A stretch of DNA of 64,000 bases from the NCBI GenBank assembly GCA_963801355.1, contig CAWDEM010000008.1:2752001-2816000 (forward strand). Direction: 5' to 3'. Position 1 is the stretch's first letter; the number at the start of each line of letters is the position of its first letter. The notes under the pieces were generated by a model, which saw only the letters and a list, made by a program, of their open reading frames with translations, was not told the origin of the DNA and did no database searches. The position numbers were made by a program, and so were the translations under genes. The stretch comes from Ignavibacteriota bacterium. Lineage in GTDB: Bacteria > Bacteroidota > Ignavibacteria > UBA10030 > UBA6906. Positions 50,753 through 60,012 of the stretch are shown in pieces.

Positions 50753-53700
50753 CGCGCGCGCTCGCGGGCAGTGCAGTAGTTTGCAATTGCCTCCCGGACG
50801 GAGGCAAAGGCGGTCTCAAGGGTATTGACGATTTCCGTCGCCCCGTCGGTGCCCCCCCGTTGTCCCATCTCCTGAAGTTGCTGGGCAATGGATGCCATCC
50901 GCGTTGCGCCGATATTCCAGCAGCTCCCTTTCAACGCATGCGCTGTTTGGCCCAGGGACGCTGCATCGCCCGTTTCCGCGGCCACGACCAGCTTGACGAG
51001 TCTGGACTCCGTATCCTCTTCGAACCGCCGGAGGATGGACATCACCCATTCCGGGTCTTCTTCGTCACCGAGGTCCGCCAACTCATCCCACCGCGCCCGG
51101 TCGATGACCGGTTCCTGCGCGTCCCCGTGCTTTTGCGGCACGGCAATTCGTACTGGACCCTGTTGCATGATCTTGCCTCTCCATTCGTTGAGGATCGCCG
51201 CAAGGGCCTTTTGGGTTACAGGCTTGGCCATATAGTCATCCATGCCCGCCGCGAGGCACTTGTCGCGATCCTGTTTGAGCGCATTCGCCGTCATCGCAAT
51301 GATGACCGTGTGTGTGTCGCTTGCCTCTGTCGCCCGGATCATTTCCGTGGCCATGAAGCCGTCGACCTCGGGCATGTTACAGTCCATGAACACCAGATCG
51401 TATGGAACGGCCCGAAGTGCGTCCACAGCTTCCTGACCGTTCGCCACAAGGTCCGCCCGGCAGCCGAGCTTTGTCAGCATGCGGAGCGCGACCTTCTGAT
51501 TGACGATGTTGTCTTCTGCGACCAGCACCCGCAACGAGCGGGCGGGACCTGCGTCGCCCGACTCCGGGATTTCCTGAACCATCTCCCCTGCGCCGGAATC
51601 CTTGGTTCCACCAGCACTCGTAGCGGTCTGTCGTGAGAAACACGCCGTGAACCAGAAGGTGCTGCCGCCGCCCGGGTCGCTCCGGACGTCGATGGTGCCA
51701 CCCATGAGTTCCACGAGCTGCTTGGAAATCTTAAGCCCGAGCCCTGTTCCTCCATACTTGCGCGTGGTGGATCCGTCCGCCTGAAAGAACGCCTGGAAGA
51801 GGTGCGCCCGGGCATCGGCGGGAATTCCGATGCCGGTGTCGGCGACTTCAAACCGGAGTCGAACATCTTCCTCTCGCTCCTCCTGGACCGTGACGTGGAC
51901 CGACACCTCACCCTTCTCCGTGAATTTGACGGCATTATTCAAAAGGTTCACAAGAATCTGGCGCAGCCGACCGGGATCGCCGTTCAACGCCGCAGGAACT
52001 CCCTCGGAGATTGTACATGAGAGTTGCAGTCCCTTCTCACGCGCCCTCGGCGCAAGGAGATCCACCGCCTCTTCGACGGTCATCCGCGGATCGAAGCCGA
52101 GACACTCGAGCGACATCTTTCCCGCTTCGATCTTCGAAAAGTCCAGAATGCCGTTAATGATCGAGAGGAGCGCATTGCCGGAGGTCCGGATGGTCTCTGC
52201 GAACTCCCGCTGATCATCCGTGAGGGGTGTATCAAGAAGTATGCCCGTCATGCCGATGATCCCGTTCATCGGCGTACGGATTTCATGGCTCATATTCGCG
52301 ACAAATTCGGATTTGAGTTGCGAGGCCTGCAGGGCTTCCTCTTTTGCCTGGCGCAGTTCGACCGCCTGAATTTCCAGCATACGCGCCTGCTCTTCGGCCT
52401 TCGATTTTGCGACGAACAGGTCAGACGCATGACGTGCAAGCTCACCCTCGGCGAGCTTGCGCTCGGTAATGTCGCGGACGATGCTCAAGAGTATTGGCGG
52501 TTGTCCCTCGCTTTCGATAAACGCATTCGAAACGGCAAACCAGATCGAGCGGTCATTCCAGAGAACGTTCTCCTTTTCGAAGTACGCCTCGACATCCCGT
52601 GCTGCGAAGTGGGCCCGGTAGTTCTGCAACACGTGGTCCCGTTTAGCACTCTGATACAGCACCGCCATGGAATTGCCTTCAAGGTCCTCCCGCGAGAGCC
52701 CGACCAGCTCGCAGAATGCTTTGTTCACGATCAGGATACGGCCGTCCGCGTCGGACAGGCGCATCCCGTCACGCGAATTCTCCCAGAGAAGCCGGAACTG
52801 GTTTTCGGACTTACGCAGCTGCTCTTCCGCCCGTTTTCGTTCGGTGATATCCCGCGCCACGATCACGACGCCGAGCACCCGGCTCTCGTGCATGAGGATG
52901 GAGGTTGTCAGCGACATCCAGAAGGTCCCCCCCTGCCGGGAAGCGCCCATAATATCTCCGCTCCATCCCCCCTTCAACGTCCCGCGCGTGGCACCACGGA
53001 TCATTTCGGGCGGCATCGACGTCGACAATAGCACAGCGACCTGTTTGCCGATGAGCTCGTCCAGCGTATAGCCGAAACGGTCCGTGACGGCACGGTTGGC
53101 ATAACTGATCCTGCCGCGCGAGTCGGTGATCAGCACGAATTCACGGATGGATCGCGTGACGTACGCAAGCCGGATCAACTCCTGTTCGATTTTTTTCCGT
53201 TCGGTGATATCTTCCTTCACAGCCACGTAGTGTGTAGTAAGCCCTTCGGCATTCCTGATGGGCGATATCGACGCATACTCCCAGTAGATGGCCCCGTCTT
53301 TTCTCCGGTTGGAGAACTCTCCGCGCCATTCCTTCCCCTGCAACAGTGTGTCCCACATACCCCGGTATACGTCCGCCGGCGTGTGGCCGGAATTCAGGAT
53401 CCGCGGGTTACGGCCGATCACCTCTGCAGCGGAATAGCCGCTTGCCTGCTCGAACTTCGGGTTGACGTATTCAATGGTCCCTTCAAGATCCGTGACCATG
53501 ATGGATGCGGGACTTTGCTCAACCGCGCGCGAGACCGTCCGCAAACGGTTGTTCAGCTCCTGCATCTCTTCTTCAGCTCGTTTCTTATTGATGCTCAGCG
53601 CGACCTGGGGGGCGACCGCCTCAAGCAGCTGCATCTCATGATGCGAGAACCGGATTCTCTCGTCGTAGCTTTGCACAACCACGGCACCGAATGATTTCCC

Positions 53701-55116
53701 TTCGGCGATCAGCGGAACGCCCAGCCAGTCCACCGACGGTGCACCGATCGATTCCACTTCACCACTGGCAACAAGCGCGGCGAAGGCGGCCGGAGTTGCG
53801 AGCAGTGATTTCCCGGTGCGCAGCACATAGGCGGTAAGCCCACGCCCCGGCGCCACTGCCGGAGCCTCCTTATCGACCTGATCCACAAAGTAGGGGAAAT
53901 GGAGACGATCCTGTGTTTCATCGTAGAGTGCGATGTAGAAATTTTCCGCTGGCATGAGTTCCGCAATGATACCGTGAACAGCGTGGAACAGGTCTTCAAG
54001 GCTGCGCGATTCCTGCGTGATAGCTGCGATCCGGTTCACCGTCGACTGGATGCGGCTGGCATGCTTGTGCTCGGTAATGTCGAGCGCCAACTCAAAACGC
54101 ACATCTCGCCCGTCAGACCATTTGATGATCTTGTCTGTCACGAGATAGTCGCGATTCAGGCGGGGGTTATGGAATTCCCAGCGATAGGGCTGGCCGTGCA
54201 GATCGGTTATCAGGTGGTTGGTGCAGAATCGACAGGGTGTGTCAAACCCGTGCAGGGCATGGTAACACTTCTTGCCAATCAGCGGCCCCCCAAGTGTCTT
54301 CTGCAGATGCGCGTTGGCGTACAGCAGCTCGTAGGATGTCGGATCGCTCACATAGATGGCCTCGGTAATGCTGTCAAACACCGAAAGCACCTGGTCACGC
54401 TCACTCAGATCGCGGAATGCATAGACAACACCCACTTCGCTGCCATAGGCATCACGGATGGGCGTCGCAATCCTCTGCATGTGGGTCCGCATACCTGTCC
54501 GCCCGACAACCACGACCGGAGCATCGGCAGCGTCAGCGGCCGATCGCGCTCCGTCGTTCTCCAACACACACACTTCCTCAATCGCCCGCCCCACCGCCTC
54601 TTCCGAAGTCCAACCCGTCACGCGTTCCGCAACCGGATTGAAAAGATGGATCCGTCCCTCGGTGTCCGTCGTGACAACGGCGTCGTCAATCGATCGAAGA
54701 GTCGTGGAAAGCCAGTGCTGATTCTCTCGAAGCTGCTTGTCCGTTGCGCTCTTGTAGAGCGCCATTTCGATCGTCTTCAGGAGCTCACGTTCGTCGAAAG
54801 GCTTGAGGACATACCCGAATGGATCCGTGATTTTCGCACGTTGAAGCGTTGCCTCGTCGGAGTTGGCCGTGAGATAGACTACCGTGATCTCACTCTGCCG
54901 TCGAATCTCTTCTGCGGCTGCAACCCCATCCATCCCTCCCCGCAGCGTGATATCCATGAGCACCAGGTCCGGGCGTGTGGCAACCGCACAGGCCACAGCC
55001 TCGGCACCCGATGAGAGGACGTCGAGGACCTGATACCCTATTCTCTCCAGATGCCCTTGGAGATCAGTAGCGATAATCCCCTCATCCTCAACAATCAGGA
55101 TCCTTGCTTTCGGCAT
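50749..55116 (-). CDS. Large hybrid kinase REC/PAS x2/GAF/PAS x3/HisKA/HATPase/REC/HPt
   Basis: Repeated DITE(R/H)K PAS ends, SHEIRTP and AHALKG; start ATG 55116. Confidence 0.94.
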   Translation of the reverse strand: MPKARILIVEDEGIIATDLQGHLERIGYQVLDVLSSGAEAVACAVATRPDLVLMDITLRGGMDGVAAAEEIRRQSEITVVYLTANSDEATLQRAKITDPFGYVLKPFDERELLKTIEMALYKSATDKQLRENQHWLSTTLRSIDDAVVTTDTEGRIHLFNPVAERVTGWTSEEAVGRAIEEVCVLENDGARSAADAADAPVVVVGRTGMRTHMQRIATPIRDAYGSEVGVVYAFRDLSERDQVLSVFDSITEAIYVSDPTSYELLYANAHLQKTLGGPLIGKKCYHALHGFDTPCRFCTNHLITDLHGQPYRWEFHNPRLNRDYLVTDKIIKWSDGRDVRFELALDITEHKHASRIQSTVNRIAAITQESRSLEDLFHAVHGIIAELMPAENFYIALYDETQDRLHFPYFVDQVDKEAPAVAPGRGLTAYVLRTGKSLLATPAAFAALVASGEVESIGAPSVDWLGVPLIAEGKSFGAVVVQSYDERIRFSHHEMQLLEAVAPQVALSINKKRAEEEMQELNNRLRTVSRAVEQSPASIMVTDLEGTIEYVNPKFEQASGYSAAEVIGRNPRILNSGHTPADVYRGMWDTLLQGKEWRGEFSNRRKDGAIYWEYASISPIRNAEGLTTHYVAVKEDITERKKIEQELIRLAYVTRSIREFVLITDSRGRISYANRAVTDRFGYTLDELIGKQVAVLLSTSMPPEMIRGATRGTLKGGWSGDIMGASRQGGTFWMSLTTSILMHESRVLGVVIVARDITERKRAEEQLRKSENQFRLLWENSRDGMRLSDADGRILIVNKAFCELVGLSREDLEGNSMAVLYQSAKRDHVLQNYRAHFAARDVEAYFEKENVLWNDRSIWFAVSNAFIESEGQPPILLSIVRDITERKLAEGELARHASDLFVAKSKAEEQARMLEIQAVELRQAKEEALQASQLKSEFVANMSHEIRTPMNGIIGMTGILLDTPLTDDQREFAETIRTSGNALLSIINGILDFSKIEAGKMSLECLGFDPRMTVEEAVDLLAPRAREKGLQLSCTISEGVPAALNGDPGRLRQILVNLLNNAVKFTEKGEVSVHVTVQEEREEDVRLRFEVADTGIGIPADARAHLFQAFFQADGSTTRKYGGTGLGLKISKQLVELMGGTIDVRSDPGGGSTFWFTACFSRQTATSAGGTKDSGAGEMVQEIPESGDAGPARSLRVLVAEDNIVNQKVALRMLTKLGCRADLVANGQEAVDALRAVPYDLVFMDCNMPEVDGFMATEMIRATEASDTHTVIIAMTANALKQDRDKCLAAGMDDYMAKPVTQKALAAILNEWRGKIMQQGPVRIAVPQKHGDAQEPVIDRARWDELADLGDEEDPEWVMSILRRFEEDTESRLVKLVVAAETGDAASLGQTAHALKGSCWNIGATRMASIAQQLQEMGQRGGTDGATEIVNTLETAFASVREAIANYCTARERAR

Positions 55117-55191
55117 TGTGTCCGCGTCACGTTTTTTTGTAGTCTGGCTCCGGAACAGAGCATGCATACCTCTCCCGGCATGCAACCTCTT

Positions 55192-55207
55192 CTCTAACGC
55201 CATGCCA
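55192..55207 (-). promoter_or_regulatory. Sigma-54-type promoter (non-canonical -12)
   Basis: TGGCATGGCGTTAGAG (GG-N10-GA). Confidence 0.5.
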
Positions 55208-55320
55208 AGGAATTGGACCCGGCGCATCTGAGCAAAAGGCCTCAAATACCCTCAAATTATCGAGTCTGGGGGGAGTCGGTGAACAGATGGGCGGGTTTCC
55301 AAAAAGGAAGCGTGAGATTG

Positions 55321-55338
55321 GTGGCTAATCATAGCCAC
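55321..55338. promoter_or_regulatory. Putative enhancer palindrome
   Basis: GTGGCTA-ATCA-TAGCCAC with perfect 7-bp arms. Confidence 0.7.
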
Positions 55339-55392
55339 TTGGCCAGAATCGGCAGGTGAAATCTGTGCGGCAGAGGGATTCCGGTTAAGAAA

Positions 55393-55587
55393 TCAGGCTT
55401 CTTCCGTCAGGAGATGACGTTTTGAACCACGGAAAGTCGCCGTTTCTTCATCGCGGTCATCGTCAAGCGAAAAATACCTGCAGTCCGTGAAATGCGCAGG
55501 TCCTACTTCATTCCAGATGTGCCGGCATTCCGGGCATCGCTCACGTTCTCCCGCAAACGGCTGCATCAATTCAAGTCGCCGGATCAT
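55393..55587 (-). CDS. 64-aa protein with C-x2-C-x10-H-x3-C motif
   Basis: GGAGG RBS 5 nt before ATG 55587; overlaps the end of the upstream regulator. Confidence 0.6.
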   Translation of the reverse strand: MIRRLELMQPFAGERERCPECRHIWNEVGPAHFTDCRYFSLDDDRDEETATFRGSKRHLLTEEA

Positions 55588-55951
55588 ATGTGCCTCCGTC
55601 TTCACAAAGAGTCTGGAGCTTTTCATCCAGAGTGTCCATGTCGTATGGTTTATGCAGTACCGCCTCAATCGACGCCGCCTTGGCCTCGTCAAACACTGAC
55701 GGCGGGAGGTATCCTGACATCAGGACGAGGCGGGGATGGTTGATGTTCCTCGCGCGGATCGTCCGTGCCAGTTCGACACCATTCATTCCCGGGAGGAAAT
55801 AATCTATAAGGACCAGATCCACCTTGGGCCATTCGGCGTTTGCCAGTGCCTCTTCAGCAGTGGCAACCACTCTTGTGCGAAATCCCCTGGACACGAGATA
55901 GGTCGCCAGTGCACGCCGGAACAGCTGGTCATCTTCGACAATCAGAATCAT
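55571..55951 (-). CDS. Single-domain response regulator
   Basis: VEDD, IDYFLP, MSG and HKP; alternative start 55984. Confidence 0.9.
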   Translation of the reverse strand: MILIVEDDQLFRRALATYLVSRGFRTRVVATAEEALANAEWPKVDLVLIDYFLPGMNGVELARTIRARNINHPRLVLMSGYLPPSVFDEAKAASIEAVLHKPYDMDTLDEKLQTLCEDGGTYDPAT

Positions 55952-56019
55952 CCGATCCCCTTCTGCCCTTTTCAGCGGTTTCATCCCCAGCGAATCTCCC
56001 CTGCATCGCTCCAGTACAT

Positions 56020-56035
56020 TCCAAAACTCATGCCA
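56020..56035 (-). promoter_or_regulatory. Sigma-54-type promoter (non-canonical -12)
   Basis: TGGCATGAGTTTTGGA (GG-N10-GG); UAS-like ATGCTGAATATCAGCCAC at 56120-56137. Confidence 0.55.
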
Positions 56036-56129
56036 GCCGGGGATCAGCTTCAAAAAGCGTGGATCGTGGGGAAATTCGCCACAAATGGAGAGGGACGGCA
56101 GTCACGCCGCCGTGTGGCAATGCTGAATA

Positions 56130-58793
56130 TCAGCCACCTGAAGGAAGAGTCGGCGGCTGGTCGAGAACATCTCTCACCAGTTGCAGAAACTGATCCGGGT
56201 TGAAGGGCTTCTGAATGGCATGGAGGTGCTCTTCATCCAGCAACGCCGAAATCACCGCATCGGGCATGTAGCCCGTACAGAAAAACGCTTTGACGCGCGG
56301 ATTGATCTTCTTGAGTTCAACGAATGTCTGCCCGCCGTCCATGCCGGGCATCACAAGGTCAAGGATGACAAGTTTGACGATCTCCGGTTGGCTTCGGTAA
56401 ATCTCTATCGCCTCCGGGCCGTTGCTGGCGATCAGCACTTTGTACCCGTGTTCCTCCAGGAGTTCGCGGCCGAGTTCCTGCATGGAGTCTTCGTCGTCAA
56501 CCACGAGAATTGTCTCTTGTCTGCCTCTGGCCGGCGCGGACTGGATTTCCGCAGCCGGGACGGGGGCCGCGGCCGTGACGGCAGGGAAATACACATGAAA
56601 TGTCGTGCCTTCTCCCTCTTCGCTGTCGACGAGAATCGTTCCGTGATGATTCCGCACGATATTGTAGACCACCGCCAGCCCCAGCCCGGTTCCGCGTCCC
56701 CGCTCTTTTGTCGTGAAGAACGGGTCAAAGATCTTCTCGCGTATTGCCCCGGGGATGCCCATGCCGTCATCGCTGACACGCAGTTCCACGAACCGTTCCG
56801 TTTGCATCGCCAGCATCTGGGCACTGACCCCTTCTCCAGCGTGACCGTTGAACGCGCCGATTGTCACGGTTCCCGGGGAGTCGCTTCCGCGGGCGAGCAC
56901 GGCATCGCGTGCGTTGACACAGAGATTCATCAACACCTGGTACAGTTCGCCATGATCCCCTAGAATGGCGCTGAGCTCGGCATCAACGTGGCGGTTGACG
57001 GCAACCGACGCGGGGAATGTTTCCATGCACACCGAACACACTTCATCCACAACCTGTGCAACGTCGACTGTCGTGCTTTCACGCTTCGCCTTGCGCGCGA
57101 ACGAGAGCAGCTGCGCAGACAATTCAGCGCCCCGGGTGGCGGATTTCTCTATGGTGTGACTGTATTTCAGCACTTTCTCGGGATCGCTTGCGTGCTTCTT
57201 GATCTGCATGACGAACCCGATGACGTTGTTCAGGATGTTGTTAAAATCGTGCGCAATGCCGCTTGCGAGCGTGCCGATGCTTTCCATCTTGTGCGCCTGG
57301 CGGAGCTGTTCTTCGAGCCGCTTTCGCTCGGTCACATCGTACATGTATCCCTTATACTCGATCAGCTGGTCGTTGGCATCGAAAACTCCGATGGCATTTT
57401 CGACGCAATGAATCAGCTGGCCGTCGGGACGCACCAGATCCTTTTCGTGTTCCACAATGCGCCGCCGCACGTGCAGCAGGTTGAGGAATGCATCGCGGAG
57501 GTGTTCACTGGGATAGAGCGAGTGCAGATTGCAGGTGAGTGCGGTGGCCACATCCGGAAATCCGAGGATCCGCGCAAACGCCGGATTACAGTCCCGCAGC
57601 GTGCCGTCCGCGCGGACAATGTAATCTCCGGTCAGATCCTCCTCAAAGAACTGGCGGTAACGCTCCTCGCTCTTGCGCAGTGCTTCCTCCGCCTCCAGCC
57701 GTTCGGTGATGTCGCGCAGGATGATGGTGTAGAGGCGCTCTCCCTGGGATTCCACCTGGGAGATGGAGGCTTCGATCGGAAATTCTTTGCCGCCATGCCG
57801 CACACCCATCACAATGCCCGGACTCCCCATCCGTCGCTTCATTGCACCCGATTGGCCGAACTCATCGATGTGCTCCTTGTGTGACCGCCGGAAGCGCGAG
57901 GGGATGAATTCTTCCACATGCCTCCCCAGCGCCTCGTGGCTCGACCAGCCGAAGACCTGTTCCGCCGCCGCATTGAAGAGGATGATGCGCTGATTGCTGT
58001 CGATGGTGATAATGGCGTCCATGGCCGATGCCACGATCCCTGTGACGCGGGCCTCGCTCACCCGCAGCGCCTCCTCCGCGTGCCGTTGATCCGTGACATC
58101 CCTGAACACCACGACCATGCCGGTGATGACCCCCCGGTCGTCTTTAATGGGGGCTGCGCTTTCTTCAATGGGGATACGCTTCCCCGATTTGCTGACCAGG
58201 ACGGTGGCGGGAGGCCCCGCACCGACGTCGTCAAACGCAGTATTGAACACCTCGGCCAGCTGATGCTGCAGCGCTTCTGCGCTGCGCCATTCTGTAATCT
58301 GCTCCGCCACCGGATTGACAAACGTGATGTTCCCCGAGGTGTCCGCCGCGATAATCCCATCTCCGATGCTGCGGAGGGTCGTGGCGAGCCACCGTTCGCT
58401 CTCACGGAGCCGTGCTTCCATCCGGTGTTTGTAGAGCGCCATCTCAATGGTGATACAGAGCTCCCGTTCTTCGAACGGCTTGAGAATGTAGCCGAAGGCA
58501 TCCGTTACTTTCGCCCGCTGAAGCGTATGCTCGTCCGCATACGCCGTGAGATAGACCACGGGAATCGCATAGAGATCACGAATCTGATCCGCCGCCGTGA
58601 TGCCGTCAACGTCCCCGCGCAGCATGATGTCCATCAGCACCAGGTCAGGATGTGTCTGACCGGCCTGCTCAATGGCTTCTGTTGCCGTCGATGCAATCCC
58701 GGCGACCACATAGCCCCGCTTGTGAAGCCGCGACGCGATGTCACGGGCGACAATGTGTTCATCTTCGACAACAAGTATAGATGTCTGACTCAT
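56130..58793 (-). CDS. Hybrid kinase REC/PAS x3/HisKA/HATPase/REC
   Basis: [22 protein letters not shown] and C-terminal REC. Confidence 0.94.
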   Translation of the reverse strand: MSQTSILVVEDEHIVARDIASRLHKRGYVVAGIASTATEAIEQAGQTHPDLVLMDIMLRGDVDGITAADQIRDLYAIPVVYLTAYADEHTLQRAKVTDAFGYILKPFEERELCITIEMALYKHRMEARLRESERWLATTLRSIGDGIIAADTSGNITFVNPVAEQITEWRSAEALQHQLAEVFNTAFDDVGAGPPATVLVSKSGKRIPIEESAAPIKDDRGVITGMVVVFRDVTDQRHAEEALRVSEARVTGIVASAMDAIITIDSNQRIILFNAAAEQVFGWSSHEALGRHVEEFIPSRFRRSHKEHIDEFGQSGAMKRRMGSPGIVMGVRHGGKEFPIEASISQVESQGERLYTIILRDITERLEAEEALRKSEERYRQFFEEDLTGDYIVRADGTLRDCNPAFARILGFPDVATALTCNLHSLYPSEHLRDAFLNLLHVRRRIVEHEKDLVRPDGQLIHCVENAIGVFDANDQLIEYKGYMYDVTERKRLEEQLRQAHKMESIGTLASGIAHDFNNILNNVIGFVMQIKKHASDPEKVLKYSHTIEKSATRGAELSAQLLSFARKAKRESTTVDVAQVVDEVCSVCMETFPASVAVNRHVDAELSAILGDHGELYQVLMNLCVNARDAVLARGSDSPGTVTIGAFNGHAGEGVSAQMLAMQTERFVELRVSDDGMGIPGAIREKIFDPFFTTKERGRGTGLGLAVVYNIVRNHHGTILVDSEEGEGTTFHVYFPAVTAAAPVPAAEIQSAPARGRQETILVVDDEDSMQELGRELLEEHGYKVLIASNGPEAIEIYRSQPEIVKLVILDLVMPGMDGGQTFVELKKINPRVKAFFCTGYMPDAVISALLDEEHLHAIQKPFNPDQFLQLVRDVLDQPPTLPSGG

Positions 58794-58881
58794 CCCTGTG
58801 CACTCCCTTTGGCTTCACCGTGCCCGCGCAGGACCCGTTTCACTCCGGGCGGGGGGAATTCTTCATGATGGGGCTCCGCGT

Positions 58882-60012
58882 TCATGGTCTCCGGAGATAC
58901 AAACAGCTGATGGAGGCCGCACCGCCATGCCCGTGGAGCACAAATCCTGACACCGTAGCATCAAAGAACCCGCCGCCGGCATACCGTACTTCGAGAGGGC
59001 GTGGAGCAAGCGTGCCGGTACTCGCCAGCTGGGCGAGGATTTCAGGGACGTTCATTCCCGGTGTACAAAGCTGTTGCAGGTTCATGCCGCACACGCGATC
59101 GGCGGGCTGCCCGAGAAGAATCTCCAGAGCCGGCGTGAGGGCCAGCACGACGCCTTCGGGAGACGCCAGGAACCACGACCCGTGCAGCGGGAACGGCGCC
59201 GCGCTTTCAACACTCTGCTCCGCCGTGCCGGCTGCATCCACCGGAGCATCCCCGGTGGTTGTCGGCCGGCTTTCAAGAACACACTGGGTCATCTCGAACA
59301 TCCCCCGCTGATCCACGGCGATGCTTCCCTTAAACGTCGCTGTCATCACCGTCCCGTCGCGCGTGACACAGTCCAGCGCGATGCTCTCAGTCACCGGGCT
59401 GTTGCGAAACCGGGTGGTCAGCGCGATGAACTGCTCGGTACACCCGGGCGCCAGGAACTCCCCGAACCAGTGCCCGTGCACTTCCTCCTGCGTGTACCCG
59501 AACAACGCCTGCCACGCATTGTTGACCCGCAACAGATGACCGTCGGCATCCAGCGACTGGAAGGCGACCGGCGCATGATCATACAGCAGCCGGAAGCGCT
59601 CCTCGCTGTTGCGGATCCTTTTCTCGGACTGGTGCTTGTACAGAGCCATTTCAATCGTGGTGTACAGTCCCCGCTCGTCAAACGGTTTCAGAATATAGCC
59701 GAACGGTTCCGTGACTTTTGCCCGCGACAACGTCGCATCGTCCGACGATGCCGTGAGATAGACGACGGGAATATCGAACCTGCGCCTGATGATCTCGGCG
59801 GCCTGAATGCCGTCCATGTCTCCCGGCAGGAGAATGTCCATCAGGATCAGATCCGGACGCGTCTCCTCGCATTGTTGTACCGCTCCGCGTCCGGTCGTCG
59901 CCCGCGCACCGACCGTGTATCCGAGCGATGTCAACCAGTGCGTCAGGTCTTCTGCAACAATCAATTCGTCTTCCACCACCATGACATTGCGCTTGCGCAT
60001 TCGTGTACTCAC
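58882..60012 (-). CDS. REC-PAS-PAS protein with no output domain
   Basis: N-terminal REC, PAS (ERFRLLYD) and a degenerate second PAS. Confidence 0.88.
   Translation of the reverse strand: MSTRMRKRNVMVVEDELIVAEDLTHWLTSLGYTVGARATTGRGAVQQCEETRPDLILMDILLPGDMDGIQAAEIIRRRFDIPVVYLTASSDDATLSRAKVTEPFGYILKPFDERGLYTTIEMALYKHQSEKRIRNSEERFRLLYDHAPVAFQSLDADGHLLRVNNAWQALFGYTQEEVHGHWFGEFLAPGCTEQFIALTTRFRNSPVTESIALDCVTRDGTVMTATFKGSIAVDQRGMFEMTQCVLESRPTTTGDAPVDAAGTAEQSVESAAPFPLHGSWFLASPEGVVLALTPALEILLGQPADRVCGMNLQQLCTPGMNVPEILAQLASTGTLAPRPLEVRYAGGGFFDATVSGFVLHGHGGAASISCLYLRRP

Noticed and set aside
58794-58881. Fifth sigma-54-like site (GGGCACGGTGAAGC)
   Set aside because: It lacks the TGGCA start and the TT before -12, and no nearby palindrome was found.
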